Below are positions 10,924-21,315 of a stretch of DNA of 64,000 nucleotides, one piece after another. The notes under the pieces are model-generated. The model did no database searches and was not told the origin of the DNA. It saw nothing but the letters and a program-made list of their open reading frames with translations. Origin of the DNA: Gemmatimonadales bacterium (GTDB taxonomy: Bacteria; Gemmatimonadota; Gemmatimonadetes; Gemmatimonadales; GWC2-71-9). The stretch lies in NCBI GenBank assembly GCA_965249575.1, contig OZ252244.1:2592001-2656000 (forward strand). Direction: 5' to 3'. The number at the start of each line of letters is the position of its first letter. Position 1 is the stretch's first letter. The translations under genes and the position numbers were made by a program.

Positions 10924-11035
10924 GCTTGCACCATAGTGTACTTTGAAAACGGCTACCCGAGGGGCCAGCGGGGCCGCGGCCTGTCAGGGCCCGGGAAGCT
11001 ACTGGCCGGATCAACCGCGCGAAAGGAGCGCCTTC

Positions 11036-11374
11036 GTGGCTGACTCGGATGAATTCACGCTGTACGATCTGCGCGTTGAAGTCGCAGAGTCCCGCGGTCG
11101 CATGATATGCAACCACAAAATCGGTGACTACTTTGAGTTGTCGGGGGAGAACTTGTCGCTTCCAGAAGGACAAACCTTCCCGATCTATCCGTTGGCGGCG
11201 CTGCTGGCGCTGCTGCCGGCGAAGCAGCGAGCGACGCATGCTAACGATTGGATGACCACCGATACCGACATCGCGTGTCCCGATCCTCACTGCGGCGCGA
11301 TCTTTCGAATTACGCGTACGGGGAAGACGACATTCCGGCACGGCGACGTCTCTGCCGTGCCGCTCGACCGCTGA
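11036..11374 (+). CDS. TIGR04076 family Cys-containing protein
   Basis: AAGGAG RBS and GTG 11036; LYDLRVEV...C.HK.GDYFEL...LLPAKQR...DWM.TD..IACPDP.CG. Confidence 0.8.
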   Translation: MADSDEFTLYDLRVEVAESRGRMICNHKIGDYFELSGENLSLPEGQTFPIYPLAALLALLPAKQRATHANDWMTTDTDIACPDPHCGAIFRITRTGKTTFRHGDVSAVPLDR

Positions 11375-11432
11375 GGCGGAGGTTGTCGACACCAATGACT
11401 GGGATAGTCACAGTTGAGCCGGAGGTCGTCAG

Positions 11433-12524
11433 GTGACCGTGCTGCCGACTCCGGAGGGCGCAGCACGAGTGGAACGAGTCACACTCGATGGCTCCTATAC
11501 GATCTCGCGAATCGTTGCCGGGGGCTGGCAGTTGTCGGCAGGTCACTCCGAATCTCAGCTAACCCGCGAGGGCGCGACCGACGCCCTGTTGCGGTATGCG
11601 GACGCCGGTGTAACGACGTTCGACTGTGCGGACATTTACACGGGCGTCGAGGACTTGTTCGGTGAATTCCTGCGCGAGTACCGAAATCGCCTCGGAACGG
11701 AAGCGCCCAATGTGCAGGTCCACGCGAAGTTCGTACCCGATCTCGACACTCTGCATCAAATCGACCGGAGGTACGTCGAGTCCATCATCGATCGTTCGCT
11801 CGAGCGGCTTGGGGTCGAACAGCTGGATCTCGTGCAGTTCGCGTGGTGGGACTACCGTGTACCGCGGTATGTCGAGACGGGCCTCTGGCTCGAAGACCTG
11901 CGTGCGGCGGGCAAGATCGCTCGGCTGGGGGCTACCAACTTCGACGTCCCGCGGCTCGAAGAACTGGCGTCGGCCGGTATCCGGTTCGTGGCGCATCAGG
12001 TACAGTACTCGCTCCTCGATCGACGGCCCGAGAACGGCATGATCGATTGCTGTCGGAAGCATGGCATCAAATTGCTGTGTTACGGTTCGCTGGCGGGGGG
12101 CTTCCTATCGGAGCGCTACGTTGGGGCCCCGGAGCCGGAGCCCCCGCTGTCGACGCGCTCCCTCACGAAGTACTCTCTCATCGTCGAGGAGTTTGGGGGC
12201 TGGGGCGCTTACCAGGATCTGCTATCCGCGCTCGACGCGGTGGCCCGGAGGCGCGGAACAACCTTGCCGAGCATCGCCATCCGTTACGTGCTTTCGAGGC
12301 CGCAAGTCGCTGGCGTCGTCGTGGGCGTTCGGAACGCCGCCCATCTCGAGGCGAATCTAAACGGTCTTGCCGTCCAGTTGGATTCGGACGATCTCGAGCG
12401 TATTCACGCGGTCTTGAGGCAGCACCCCGGACCCAGCGGTGACGTGTTCTCGCTCGAGCGCATCCCGGGCGGCCCACACGCTGCAATCATGAGGTACAAT
12501 CTCAACCGAGCGGGCGCGGTCTGA
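11433..12524 (+). CDS. Aldo/keto reductase
   Basis: GGWQL, FDCADIY, K, SLERLGVEQLDLVQF, GATNF, QVQYSLLDRRPE, YGSLAGGFL. Confidence 0.92.
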   Translation: MTVLPTPEGAARVERVTLDGSYTISRIVAGGWQLSAGHSESQLTREGATDALLRYADAGVTTFDCADIYTGVEDLFGEFLREYRNRLGTEAPNVQVHAKFVPDLDTLHQIDRRYVESIIDRSLERLGVEQLDLVQFAWWDYRVPRYVETGLWLEDLRAAGKIARLGATNFDVPRLEELASAGIRFVAHQVQYSLLDRRPENGMIDCCRKHGIKLLCYGSLAGGFLSERYVGAPEPEPPLSTRSLTKYSLIVEEFGGWGAYQDLLSALDAVARRRGTTLPSIAIRYVLSRPQVAGVVVGVRNAAHLEANLNGLAVQLDSDDLERIHAVLRQHPGPSGDVFSLERIPGGPHAAIMRYNLNRAGAV

Positions 12525-12576
12525 GGCCGGAGCCGCGGGGGGCCCACAGCACTCACCGCTCTTTCGCATGCAAGGT

Positions 12577-15093
12577 ATGAAACGACGATCAACGTCTCCC
12601 GAGATCCATAAGTTCGGCGGCGCCTCGCTCGCCGACGCCGCCGGCATCCGGCACGCGGTTTCGATTGTGCGGGGGCGCAGGGGCACACCGCTGGTCGTTG
12701 TCGTATCAGCCCTCGCCGGCGTCAGCGACGCGCTATTGGAGCTTGCTGCCAGGGCGTCCCAGGGTGACTTGAGCGGCGCGAACGCGACGGCAGATGTGCT
12801 GCGGCGGCGGCACGCCGACGCCACCCGGGCGCTGGTACCGGCCGGCACCAGGCGCAAGGAGATACTCCAGCTCATCGCCACCGCGTTCGGAGAGGTCGAG
12901 GAACTCGTTCGCGGTCTCGCGGTGCTGCGCGAGCTGACCCCCCGTACGACGGACTATGTCGTGGCGCGCGGCGAGAGGCTAAGCGCGCAACTGTTTGCGG
13001 CCGCTCTCCGCACGATCCGGCGACGGGCCGCGTACGTGGAGCCCCTGGAGATCATCAAGACCGACGGCCACTTTGGAAACGCGTTTCCCGATCTCTGGCA
13101 GACCGACCGCGCCGTCCGGAGAGTGCTCGCGCCTCTGCTGGCTCGTGGCGCCGTCCCGGTGGTACCGGGATTCATCGGCGCTACACCGGACGGCCAGGTC
13201 GCGACGTTGGGGCGGGGAGGTACGGACTTCACCGCCACGTTGCTGGCGCGCGCGTTGCGGTCGAAGGAAGTATCGCTGTGGAAGGACGTCCCGGGCCTGC
13301 TGACTGCCGATCCCCGCGTGGTTCCAGATGCCAGGGTGCTTCCCCAGATGAACATTCGGGAAGCCGCCGAGCTGGCATACTACGGGGCCAAAGTGCTGCA
13401 TCCGCGAGCTCTGATTCCGATCGTCGATTCCCGAGTCGCGGTACGGATCCGGCCCTTCGCGGACCCCGCGGCGAAAGGTACGGAAATCTCTCGCCGGCGT
13501 ACGTTGGCGACCTTCCCCGTGAAAGCACTCTCCGCCGTCTCGGATCAGGCATTGATCACGGTGACCGGCAACGGCATGCTCGGCGTCCCCGGGATCGCCG
13601 CCCGAGCGTTTACCGCGCTCCAGACGCGTGGGATCTCCGTGTCACTCATCACCCAGGCCTCGTCTGAGCATTCGATCTCCTTCAGCGTCCCGACCGGGAG
13701 CGCGGAACGGGCACGAGCGAGCCTAATGGAGGCGTTTGACCACGAGATTCGATGGAAGGAGATCGACGGGGTCGACGTCCGTCCTGGCGTCGCGACGCTG
13801 GCGATCGTCGGACTGGGAATGGCCGGAACGCCTGGCGTCGCGGCGCGAGTGTTCTCGGCTGTCTCGGCGGTCGGAATCAACGTGATTGCGATCGCGCAGG
13901 GTTCCTCCGAGCTGAACATCTCAGCGGTCTTTGACGAATCGGACGTCGGCAAGGCCCAGCGGGCGGTCCATGACGCGTTTCAGCTGAGCAAGCTCGGCGG
14001 TGGCGGCGTGTCACAGCCGGAGCGCACGGACGTGGTCCTGTACGGGTTGGGGCAGATCGGTCGCCCGCTCGCCGCGATGATCGCCAAGGTCAGGCACAAA
14101 ACGACGACTCTGAAGATCGTCGCCGTCGTGGATCGGAGCGGGTTCGTCTTCGACGCTCGCGGGTTGTCGGCGTCTCGCATCGCCACGCTCGCGGCCGCGA
14201 AGCGCAAAGGCACCTCCCTTGCCGAGGCGGTGGGAGGGCATGCGGCAAGTGGCGTGGAGGCGGTGGGCTTCGTCGCCGGCCACGCGCTCTCGAATCCGAT
14301 CTTCGTCGATCTCACGGCGGACGAGACCGGTGACGTGCTGAAGATGGCCCTTGGATTCGGGATGAACATCGTGCTGGCGAATAAGCGTCCCATCACCGCC
14401 GAGAAGGAGAGGTATGACGAGATTCTCGCGACAGCGGAGATGCACGGGCGGAGGGTCCTGCACGAGACGACGGTGGGCGCGGGGCTCCCAATCATTGACA
14501 CCTACCACAAGCTTGTCGCCTCCGGCGACCGTGTCTACGAAATCCAGGGCTGCCCCTCCGGGACGCTCGGGTTCTTGTTCGGAGAGCTGGGAAGGGAGAA
14601 GCGCTTTTCGGAGGCGTTGCGCGGTGCCATCAAGAAAGGATATACCGAGCCGGACCCCAGAGAAGATCTTTCCGGCATGGATGTCGCGCGCAAAGCGCTT
14701 ATACTCGGCCGGCTGGTCGGTTTCTCGGGCGAGCTCGACGACGTCGCGGTAGAGTCCCTGGTGCCTCCGGGGGCGGAGGACCTGCCGCTCAAGCAGTTCC
14801 TTCGTTCGCTGGAGCAGTACGATCAGGCCTGGGGAAAGCGCGTGCAGGCTGCTCGGGCGCACGGGGGCGTGCTCCGGTACCGCGCGAAGGTGACCCCTCG
14901 GAAAGTGACAGTTGGCCTCCTCACGGTCGATCCGACCAGTTCGATGGCCTCGCTGCACGGGACCGACAACCAGTTCATCTTCACGACCATGCGCTACAAG
15001 ACGAATCCACTCGTCATTACTGGACCGGGCGCGGGTCCTGCGGTGACGGCGGGCGGCATTCTGAACGACGTGCTCAAGCTGGCCGGAGCGTGA
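12577..15093 (+). CDS. thrA: Bifunctional aspartokinase / homoserine dehydrogenase
   Basis: HKFGGASL, VVVVSA, TLGRGGTD, two ACT domains (QASSE, QGSSE), GLGQIG, ETTVGAGLP, GYTEPDPREDLSGMDVARK, GPGAG..VTA. Confidence 0.95.
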   Translation: MKRRSTSPEIHKFGGASLADAAGIRHAVSIVRGRRGTPLVVVVSALAGVSDALLELAARASQGDLSGANATADVLRRRHADATRALVPAGTRRKEILQLIATAFGEVEELVRGLAVLRELTPRTTDYVVARGERLSAQLFAAALRTIRRRAAYVEPLEIIKTDGHFGNAFPDLWQTDRAVRRVLAPLLARGAVPVVPGFIGATPDGQVATLGRGGTDFTATLLARALRSKEVSLWKDVPGLLTADPRVVPDARVLPQMNIREAAELAYYGAKVLHPRALIPIVDSRVAVRIRPFADPAAKGTEISRRRTLATFPVKALSAVSDQALITVTGNGMLGVPGIAARAFTALQTRGISVSLITQASSEHSISFSVPTGSAERARASLMEAFDHEIRWKEIDGVDVRPGVATLAIVGLGMAGTPGVAARVFSAVSAVGINVIAIAQGSSELNISAVFDESDVGKAQRAVHDAFQLSKLGGGGVSQPERTDVVLYGLGQIGRPLAAMIAKVRHKTTTLKIVAVVDRSGFVFDARGLSASRIATLAAAKRKGTSLAEAVGGHAASGVEAVGFVAGHALSNPIFVDLTADETGDVLKMALGFGMNIVLANKRPITAEKERYDEILATAEMHGRRVLHETTVGAGLPIIDTYHKLVASGDRVYEIQGCPSGTLGFLFGELGREKRFSEALRGAIKKGYTEPDPREDLSGMDVARKALILGRLVGFSGELDDVAVESLVPPGAEDLPLKQFLRSLEQYDQAWGKRVQAARAHGGVLRYRAKVTPRKVTVGLLTVDPTSSMASLHGTDNQFIFTTMRYKTNPLVITGPGAGPAVTAGGILNDVLKLAGA

Positions 15094-15118
15094 CGACGGG
15101 CGGCAGGCGTGGTCCCCG

Positions 15119-16426
15119 GTGCTTCCGGTGGGAGCCCTGAGCCTGGACGCCGGACCGGCTACCTGGCAGGCGTGCGCCCGCTGCGAAGCGCAGCTCGCCG
15201 AGACCGACCCCCGTGTGAAGTGCCCATCCTGCGGCGGGCTCCTGGAGGTCCATCACCGGAATCCGGACCTCCAGGGAGAACCGCTGCGCGCGCACTTTGA
15301 CTCCCGGACGGCGATTCGCGACGGGCCACTCGCGTCCGGCGTATGGCGGTTTCGGGAGCTGGTGCTTCCGGCCGCTGGGGACGACGTCGTTACCCATCCC
15401 GAAGGGAACACCCCGCTCCTCGAGCGGCGACAGGTGTCGCGCTGGGTGGGAGTCGAGCGCCTGAGTCTCAAGCACGAAGGCTACAATCCCACGGGCTCGT
15501 TCAAAGACCGCGGAATGACGGTAGGCATCACGCAGGCGTGCCGAGTTGGTGCGACCGGCGTGGCCTGTGCCTCGACGGGCAATACCGGCGCGGCCCTGGC
15601 GGCGTACGCCGGGCAGGCGGGGTTGCGGGCTCTAGTGGTCGTTCCCACCGGGCAGGTGGCGCTTGGCAAGCTCACGCAGGTCGTCGCGTACGGGGCGCGG
15701 ACATTGCTCGTACGCGGTGACTTCGACGCGTGCCTCGACCTCGTGCAGGAGGCGAGCCGGGAGCTTGGGGTGTATCTGTTGAACTCCATCAACCCGTTCC
15801 GGCTCGAAGGACAGAAGACGATCGTCCTGGAGCTTCTTCAGCAGCTCCGGTGGAACGCTCCGGATTGGATAGTGCTGCCGGCGGGGAACCTGGGGAACAC
15901 GGCCGCCTTCGGGCAGGTGCTGGTCTCGGCAAAGGAGCTGGGCCTGATTGCCCGCGTGCCGAAACTGGCGGCGATTCAGGCTAAGGGCGCAGCCCCGTTT
16001 GCGGCGAGTTTTCAAGCAGGGTTCGCGCAACGCGTCCGTGTAAGGGCCGAGACGATTGCGACGGCGATCCGAATCGGAGATCCCGCATCCTACGATCGGG
16101 CCGTGCGGGCGATTCGCGATACTGATGGGGTGGTCGCCACCGTGACCGACGAGGCAATCCTCGACGCGAAGGCGTTGATCGACGCGTCGGGCGTTGGCTG
16201 CGAGCCGGCCAGTGCCGCGAGCGTGGCGGGCACGCGGCAGCTCGTGAAGGAAGGAGTGATCGGGCCGGCGGACACGGTCGTCGCGGTGCTGACCGGCCAC
16301 CTGTTGAAGGATCCCGGGATCGTGACGCGGTACCACCAGCAAACCGAACCGCCACCGGCTCGTGCGAATCGCCCGATAGAAATCGACCCGACGCTCTCCG
16401 AAGTCGAGCGAGCGCTACGAGAGTGA
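15119..16426 (+). CDS. thrC: Threonine synthase (start uncertain)
   Basis: N-terminal CxxC...CxxC; EGNTPL, NPTGSFKDRG (PLP Lys), CASTGNT, NSINPFRLEGQKT, PAGNLGN, EPASAA, LTGHLLKD. Confidence 0.93.
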   Translation: MLPVGALSLDAGPATWQACARCEAQLAETDPRVKCPSCGGLLEVHHRNPDLQGEPLRAHFDSRTAIRDGPLASGVWRFRELVLPAAGDDVVTHPEGNTPLLERRQVSRWVGVERLSLKHEGYNPTGSFKDRGMTVGITQACRVGATGVACASTGNTGAALAAYAGQAGLRALVVVPTGQVALGKLTQVVAYGARTLLVRGDFDACLDLVQEASRELGVYLLNSINPFRLEGQKTIVLELLQQLRWNAPDWIVLPAGNLGNTAAFGQVLVSAKELGLIARVPKLAAIQAKGAAPFAASFQAGFAQRVRVRAETIATAIRIGDPASYDRAVRAIRDTDGVVATVTDEAILDAKALIDASGVGCEPASAASVAGTRQLVKEGVIGPADTVVAVLTGHLLKDPGIVTRYHQQTEPPPARANRPIEIDPTLSEVERALRE

Positions 16427-16460
16427 GGTGTGCGACCCGTTCGAAGCCGCCCCGCGGTGC

Positions 16461-17300
16461 TCAGGAGGGTGAATCGGAGCCCGACGGGGAGGGGGGCGTG
16501 GGTCCGTCCGGGCGGGTCGTTAGCTGATCGGTCCGGCGGCGTTCCTTCTCGCCATCGTAGAGAGCGCGCCTCGACTTGATGCGCCCGACCGTACCGATCC
16601 CGGCCGCGGTCTCGAGCGCCGGTCGATTGAGGATGGCGATCTTTCGCCGGGCGACCTCGATGATGCGCTGGTTGGCGAGGCTGCTCATCGTGCGAGAGAC
16701 GGTCTCGCGGCTGGATCCAAGCATCTGTGCGATTTGATGATGCGTTATTCGCTTCGAGATGTGCTCGCCGTCGCCTTCGTCGGCAAGCTGCAGGAGCAGC
16801 CGCGCGACACGGCCCGGGACGTCGAGCAGGATCAAGCCCCCAATTCGGGCGTCAGCCTCGCGCATCCACGTGCAGAGTGCGCGCAGCAACCCCACGGCGA
16901 TCTCGGGTACGTCGGTCAGGCACCGGCGGAAGTCGTCGCGACGTAACACCAGGAGATTCGCATCTTCCATCGCGATGACGTGCGCCGATCGGGGCTCGTC
17001 ATCGATCAGCGACATCTCGCCGAAGAACTCGCCTTTGCTTCGTATCGAGAGAATCACCTCTCGGCCGTCCTCGGCGATGAGCACGATCTTTACCTGCCCG
17101 CCGACCACGACGTAAAGCGAGTCGCCGGGATCATCCTCGAACACGATAATGCTGTTCTTGGGATAGAACCTGGGCCGTACGGCCTGTGCTATCCTCGCGA
17201 TGTCGCCCTCGCTGAAGAAACCGCAAAGAACGTCGTAGGCTCGGCTTAGGGTGTCCACAATTCCCCGGAGCGGGTCCGGATGGGACAGGGACAGGGCCAC
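16461..17300 (-). CDS. Crp/Fnr family transcriptional regulator
   Basis: cNMP domain GEFFGEMSLID..PRSA; HTH THHQIAQMLGSSRETVSR. Confidence 0.92.
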   Translation of the reverse strand: MALSLSHPDPLRGIVDTLSRAYDVLCGFFSEGDIARIAQAVRPRFYPKNSIIVFEDDPGDSLYVVVGGQVKIVLIAEDGREVILSIRSKGEFFGEMSLIDDEPRSAHVIAMEDANLLVLRRDDFRRCLTDVPEIAVGLLRALCTWMREADARIGGLILLDVPGRVARLLLQLADEGDGEHISKRITHHQIAQMLGSSRETVSRTMSSLANQRIIEVARRKIAILNRPALETAAGIGTVGRIKSRRALYDGEKERRRTDQLTTRPDGPTPPSPSGSDSPS

Positions 17301-17357
17301 GACTAGTTTTGTGAGCGGGACCGGGCATAGGGGTTATCGGCCAACGGAGGAGGTGAC

Positions 17358-17810
17358 ATGGGCGAGCTACACGAGACATCGCGAGACGCAGCTGATCCGC
17401 GTGCCGTGGTGGAGGGAGGCGACGGTATCAGCGTCATCCGCGGCAGTGCGATCAGCCGGAGTTGGAACGGAATTCAATACAAAGTGGGGCTGTCGTCAAA
17501 GAACGTCGGCTCTAGCCAGCTCTCCATAAACGTCGCGACGATCCCACCGGGAGGCGTTGCGTTCGCCCACATCCACGTCGACTTCGAGGTGATGTTGTAC
17601 ATTCTCGCCGGGCGGTTAAGGCACGAATACGGCCCCCGCCTGGAACGCGTGGTCGAGAACACCGTCGGCGACTTCATTTACATCGAGCCGGGGGTGCCCC
17701 ACGAGGTGTTCAACTTGAGCGTTTCGGAGCCGGTCCTTGCCGTCGTGGCTCGGTCGGATGCCTCGGAGTGGGAGCACATCATCCCCTACCACCGATCGAG
17801 CGGAAGTTAG
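17358..17810 (+). CDS. Cupin domain protein
   Basis: AHIHVDFE..LY...G and GDFIYIEPGVPH cupin motifs; GGAGGAGG RBS. Confidence 0.85.
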   Translation: MGELHETSRDAADPRAVVEGGDGISVIRGSAISRSWNGIQYKVGLSSKNVGSSQLSINVATIPPGGVAFAHIHVDFEVMLYILAGRLRHEYGPRLERVVENTVGDFIYIEPGVPHEVFNLSVSEPVLAVVARSDASEWEHIIPYHRSSGS

Positions 17811-17820
17811 GGCACGGCGC

Positions 17821-18957
17821 TCACGCGAGAACGTCTCGCAGATCCGCCAAGAGACGGTCGACGCGCGCGGCGTTCGCGTTACGGCCCATTAGCCCGACAC
17901 GCCAAGCCTTCCCCTTGAGGGGCCCGAAGCCGGGGGAGATCTCGATATCTCTTGCCAGCAGTGTCTGCCGCACCGTCGAGTCGTCCTTCCCCTCGGGAAT
18001 GTTGATCACGTTGAGCATGGGGAGCCGGTTGGTCGGAGGAGTGAACAGGGAAACGCCGATTTCCTGGAGGCCGGCGACGAAGCGGTCGTGCGCCTGCTGG
18101 TGCCGCTCCCAGCGCCGCTCGATCCCTTCTTCCAGAATGAGCCGAAGCGCTTCGTGGAACCCGAAGATGTTCGAGACCGGCGCCGTATGATGAAACGCCC
18201 GCGCTCCGGGTCCGTCACGCTCTCCCCAATAGCTGAACAACAGTTGGAGATCCAGGTACCAGGTCGGCGGCTTCTGTCTTCGGGCCCGAACCGCCTCCAT
18301 GGCCCGCTCACTGAAGGTGACAGGGCCCAGCCCGGGTGGGGCACCGAGACACTTCTGGGAGCAGGATCCCGCCGCGTCGATCCCCCAGGAATCGATTTCC
18401 ACGGGAACGCCCCCCAACGACGTCACGCAGTCCATCGCGACTAGCGCTCCATGCCGGCGCGCCACATCGGCGATGTCAGCAGCCGGTTGCCACGCCCCGG
18501 TCGAGGTTTCCGCGTGCACGAAGGCGACGAGCTTGGTCTTGTGCTTCGACAGCTCCTCCTCGAACCGTTCCGGCGGAATGATCTCACCCAAGGGCACTTC
18601 GATGGTCTGAACGGTAGCGCCTGCCCGTGAAGCCATCTCCACGAGGCGCTGGCCGAAGTACCCGATGACGCCAATAACGGCTCGATCACCGGGCTCGAGC
18701 AGATTGAGCATGATTGCTTCCAGGCCCGACGTGCCGGTCCCGGACATGGGAATGGTATGGTGGTTCGTCGTCTGAAAGACGGCGCGGAGCATGGCCATCG
18801 CCTCGTCCATTACGCGTAGGAAGTAGGGGTCGAGGTGACCGACGAGGCGTGCAGCCATGGCATCCGAGACAGTCTGCTCGGGGTTGGAGGGCCCCGGTCC
18901 CATCAGGAGTCGTTCCGGCGGCTCGATGGGCTCGGGAATCGACAGGATCGTGCTCAA
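17821..18957 (-). CDS. Alanine--glyoxylate / serine--pyruvate aminotransferase (class V PLP enzyme)
   Basis: GAGGAGG RBS and TTG 18957; LLMGPGPS, GTGTSGLE, HAETSTG, DCVTSLGG, SCSQKCLGAPPGL, RVGLMG. Confidence 0.92.
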   Translation of the reverse strand: MSTILSIPEPIEPPERLLMGPGPSNPEQTVSDAMAARLVGHLDPYFLRVMDEAMAMLRAVFQTTNHHTIPMSGTGTSGLEAIMLNLLEPGDRAVIGVIGYFGQRLVEMASRAGATVQTIEVPLGEIIPPERFEEELSKHKTKLVAFVHAETSTGAWQPAADIADVARRHGALVAMDCVTSLGGVPVEIDSWGIDAAGSCSQKCLGAPPGLGPVTFSERAMEAVRARRQKPPTWYLDLQLLFSYWGERDGPGARAFHHTAPVSNIFGFHEALRLILEEGIERRWERHQQAHDRFVAGLQEIGVSLFTPPTNRLPMLNVINIPEGKDDSTVRQTLLARDIEISPGFGPLKGKAWRVGLMGRNANAARVDRLLADLRDVLA

Positions 18958-19167
18958 GATGACCTCCTCAACCGGGTGGCGAGGTGCTAGGAGCGCGCGG
19001 CGGGTGCCGTTGGCCGAATGGCTGGGTGAACTATAAACAGCCGGTAGCTTGTGCTCCACGGCTGGGAGTACCTCCGCGGCAATGCGAGTTTCGGATCGCG
19101 AACGCCGCGGGCGATTGGTACCTTTGACGACACTGTCGGTCACTACACAGGTAAGAGGGGTCGATAC

Positions 19168-19794
19168 GTGCCTAGTCCGTTGGTGCTGGCAACCATGCTG
19201 TTTTCTGTGCTCGCGGTCGCGTTCGCCCTGGTGGGGCTCTCCGCGATTCGGAAGAGCCGATTGCTGGGATCGACCGCGAGCCTCCTGCTGATGATGTTGA
19301 GTCTCAGCTTGGCTGGCCTGTGCGCAACCATCGCCGTCGCTACGCAGGGCTATCGGGCGCTAACGCGGGAAGAGATCGCGGCGGTGATCGAGACCGAGCC
19401 CGTCGGTCGACAGGTTTTCGAAGCGACCGTTCGGCTTCCCGAAGGAGGGGAGCGGTATTTCGAGCTCGCTGGAGACGAGCTCTACGTCGATGCCCACATC
19501 TTGAAGTGGAAACCCATCGTCAACGTTCTGGGGTTGCACACGGCATACGAGCTGGACCGAATAGCCGGGAGGTACGTCGCCCTCAAGGACGAGCGGGACC
19601 GTCCGCGAACCGTCCACTCTCTCGCCCGCGAGAAGCCGGTCGATCTCTTCGCGCTGCGGCGTCGATTTCCATTTCTCGCCCCGCTCGTCGACGCGGAGTA
19701 CGGGTCCGCGACGTTCGTGCCGGCGGACCACTCGACTCGGACGGAGATACGTGTCAGCACCTCCGGGTTGCTGGCTCGTCCCGCCGACCCGTGA
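19168..19794 (+). CDS. Conserved hypothetical membrane protein (two N-terminal TM helices)
   Basis: Hydrophobic N-terminus, then GYRALTRE, GDELYVDA.ILKW, YELDRI.GRY, VDAEYGSATF. Confidence 0.7.
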   Translation: MPSPLVLATMLFSVLAVAFALVGLSAIRKSRLLGSTASLLLMMLSLSLAGLCATIAVATQGYRALTREEIAAVIETEPVGRQVFEATVRLPEGGERYFELAGDELYVDAHILKWKPIVNVLGLHTAYELDRIAGRYVALKDERDRPRTVHSLAREKPVDLFALRRRFPFLAPLVDAEYGSATFVPADHSTRTEIRVSTSGLLARPADP

Positions 19795-19850
19795 TCGATC
19801 TCGATTAGACTGTCTGGATGGACCGTGCCGGTCGCGGGCGCGACGGAAAA

Positions 19851-20519
19851 CTATCGGGCCTGGTAACCAAGCGAGATGATCAGTTGCTCGACCGTTTCGA
19901 GCCGGGAGCCGCCGGCGAGTGAGCCCCGTTCGAGCCGGTACGCCAGACGAGCCCACAGCGGCAGGTCCCACGACGCTAGCTCGAACCCGGCTTCTATCCC
20001 CGTTCCGTTGTCGAATTGGTCCTGGACATTCACGTCGGCTACGAGCACCCGGGTGATCTCGAGGTATGAGCGGAGCGCGGGAGCCAGGACGGTAGCCTCC
20101 GCCACCAAACGGCCCTCCCAAAAGAACCACCGCTCGGTCCCCTGTGCCGTGATGTTGCTGCGCACGTGCGGTCCCGTCCTCACCGCGAGCCAGGGGACCG
20201 GTCGAAAGCCGATCAGCGCCTCACCCTCCGCGAAATCCCACTTTTGCGGGCCGACCGTCGACTCGAGAGTCCCCTGCGCGTAAGCGAGATTCAGCTCGAG
20301 CATCGGGAGCTGACGAGGTGAGACCCAGGCTTCTCCACCAAGGATCGCGCCGGTGAAATCCTCACGTACGGCGCCACGCTGTCGCTCGATTTGCGTCGAC
20401 ACGCCGCTTCCCCCTAGGGAAAAGTGGGGGACCTGTGCCGTCGCCGAAGAGATCGCGAGCACGGTAACGAGCGAGACCCCAGCGATGGTACCCAGGGCCG
20501 AAACGGTGTGGCCGATCAT
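19851..20519 (-). CDS. Secreted protein, probable small outer-membrane beta-barrel
   Basis: Signal peptide ending ATA-Q, alternating amphipathic strands, terminal ISLGY. Confidence 0.6.
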   Translation of the reverse strand: MIGHTVSALGTIAGVSLVTVLAISSATAQVPHFSLGGSGVSTQIERQRGAVREDFTGAILGGEAWVSPRQLPMLELNLAYAQGTLESTVGPQKWDFAEGEALIGFRPVPWLAVRTGPHVRSNITAQGTERWFFWEGRLVAEATVLAPALRSYLEITRVLVADVNVQDQFDNGTGIEAGFELASWDLPLWARLAYRLERGSLAGGSRLETVEQLIISLGYQAR

Positions 20520-21315
20520 CGGGGTGCGCTCTCGACGGTAGATGGCGCTCGGGCTTGGATCGTGGTCGCTCGATCTCGGCGCCGAGCCGCGTTCTCCCGA
20601 ATCGTCTCACCCCGCTGCCGCTCCCACTCGTCCCGTCGAATCCTGTTGGATTCGATGTTGGCCGCAATGAGACGCCCGGGCCGATTCAACAGGAAACCGG
20701 CCGCTCCCGAAATCGTCAGCCCGGCGGCGAGGCCGAACCGGGCGCTGCTCAGATCCGACCCGGACGCGATCGCCGATGGCAGAACGAGAACGGCGAGACC
20801 GGCGGCGATCCCGCCAATGAGCGCCTCGGTGCCGATCTTGGAATCGTTCTGTTCGGGCAGCATGAGGGAATCGGCGAGTGGAAGGGGGTGGGGCAGGGTA
20901 TCTGGGCTCTCGACCTCGATGTCGAGCGGTGTCCTCACGAGACGGGTCGTCGCCCGCCGGGCGTCGTGCGAGGTCACGCTGAGCACGTACCGCCCGGAAG
21001 GCACGGGCTCGTCGTTGTCGTCGCGCGCGCTCCACTGAAGCTCCAGGCTGTCTCCAATGACTCCCTCGTAGACGGTGCGGACCGGCTGGCCGGCGGCGTC
21101 GCCGACATCGACGGTGATCTCATGAAACGAGCTGGCGTACAGTTTCAGCGGGTACGAGGGGGTGGCAGCCGTCAGGCGCGCGACCTGCGGCACGGTGATG
21201 GATACGGTCTTGGTCTGCACACGCACCGCTTCGAAGACGAGCGAGACCTCCGGGGGGAAGATGAGCTCGTCCGGGCGGTAACGGGGATCGGTGAGCACCA
21301 CGTTCCGAAACACTC
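20516..21315 (-). pseudogene. 3' fragment of a helical + FlgD-type Ig + two-TM protein, N-terminus missing
   Basis: VFRNVVLTDPRYRPDELIFPPEV...VRTVYEG...LQWSARD...VPSGRYVL, then two hydrophobic helices; no start, abuts the PEGA fragment. Confidence 0.6.

Noticed and set aside
17200..17260. Compensating frameshifts in the Crp N-terminus
   Set aside because: An alternative frame looks slightly more canonical, but the ORF is open and the evidence is too thin
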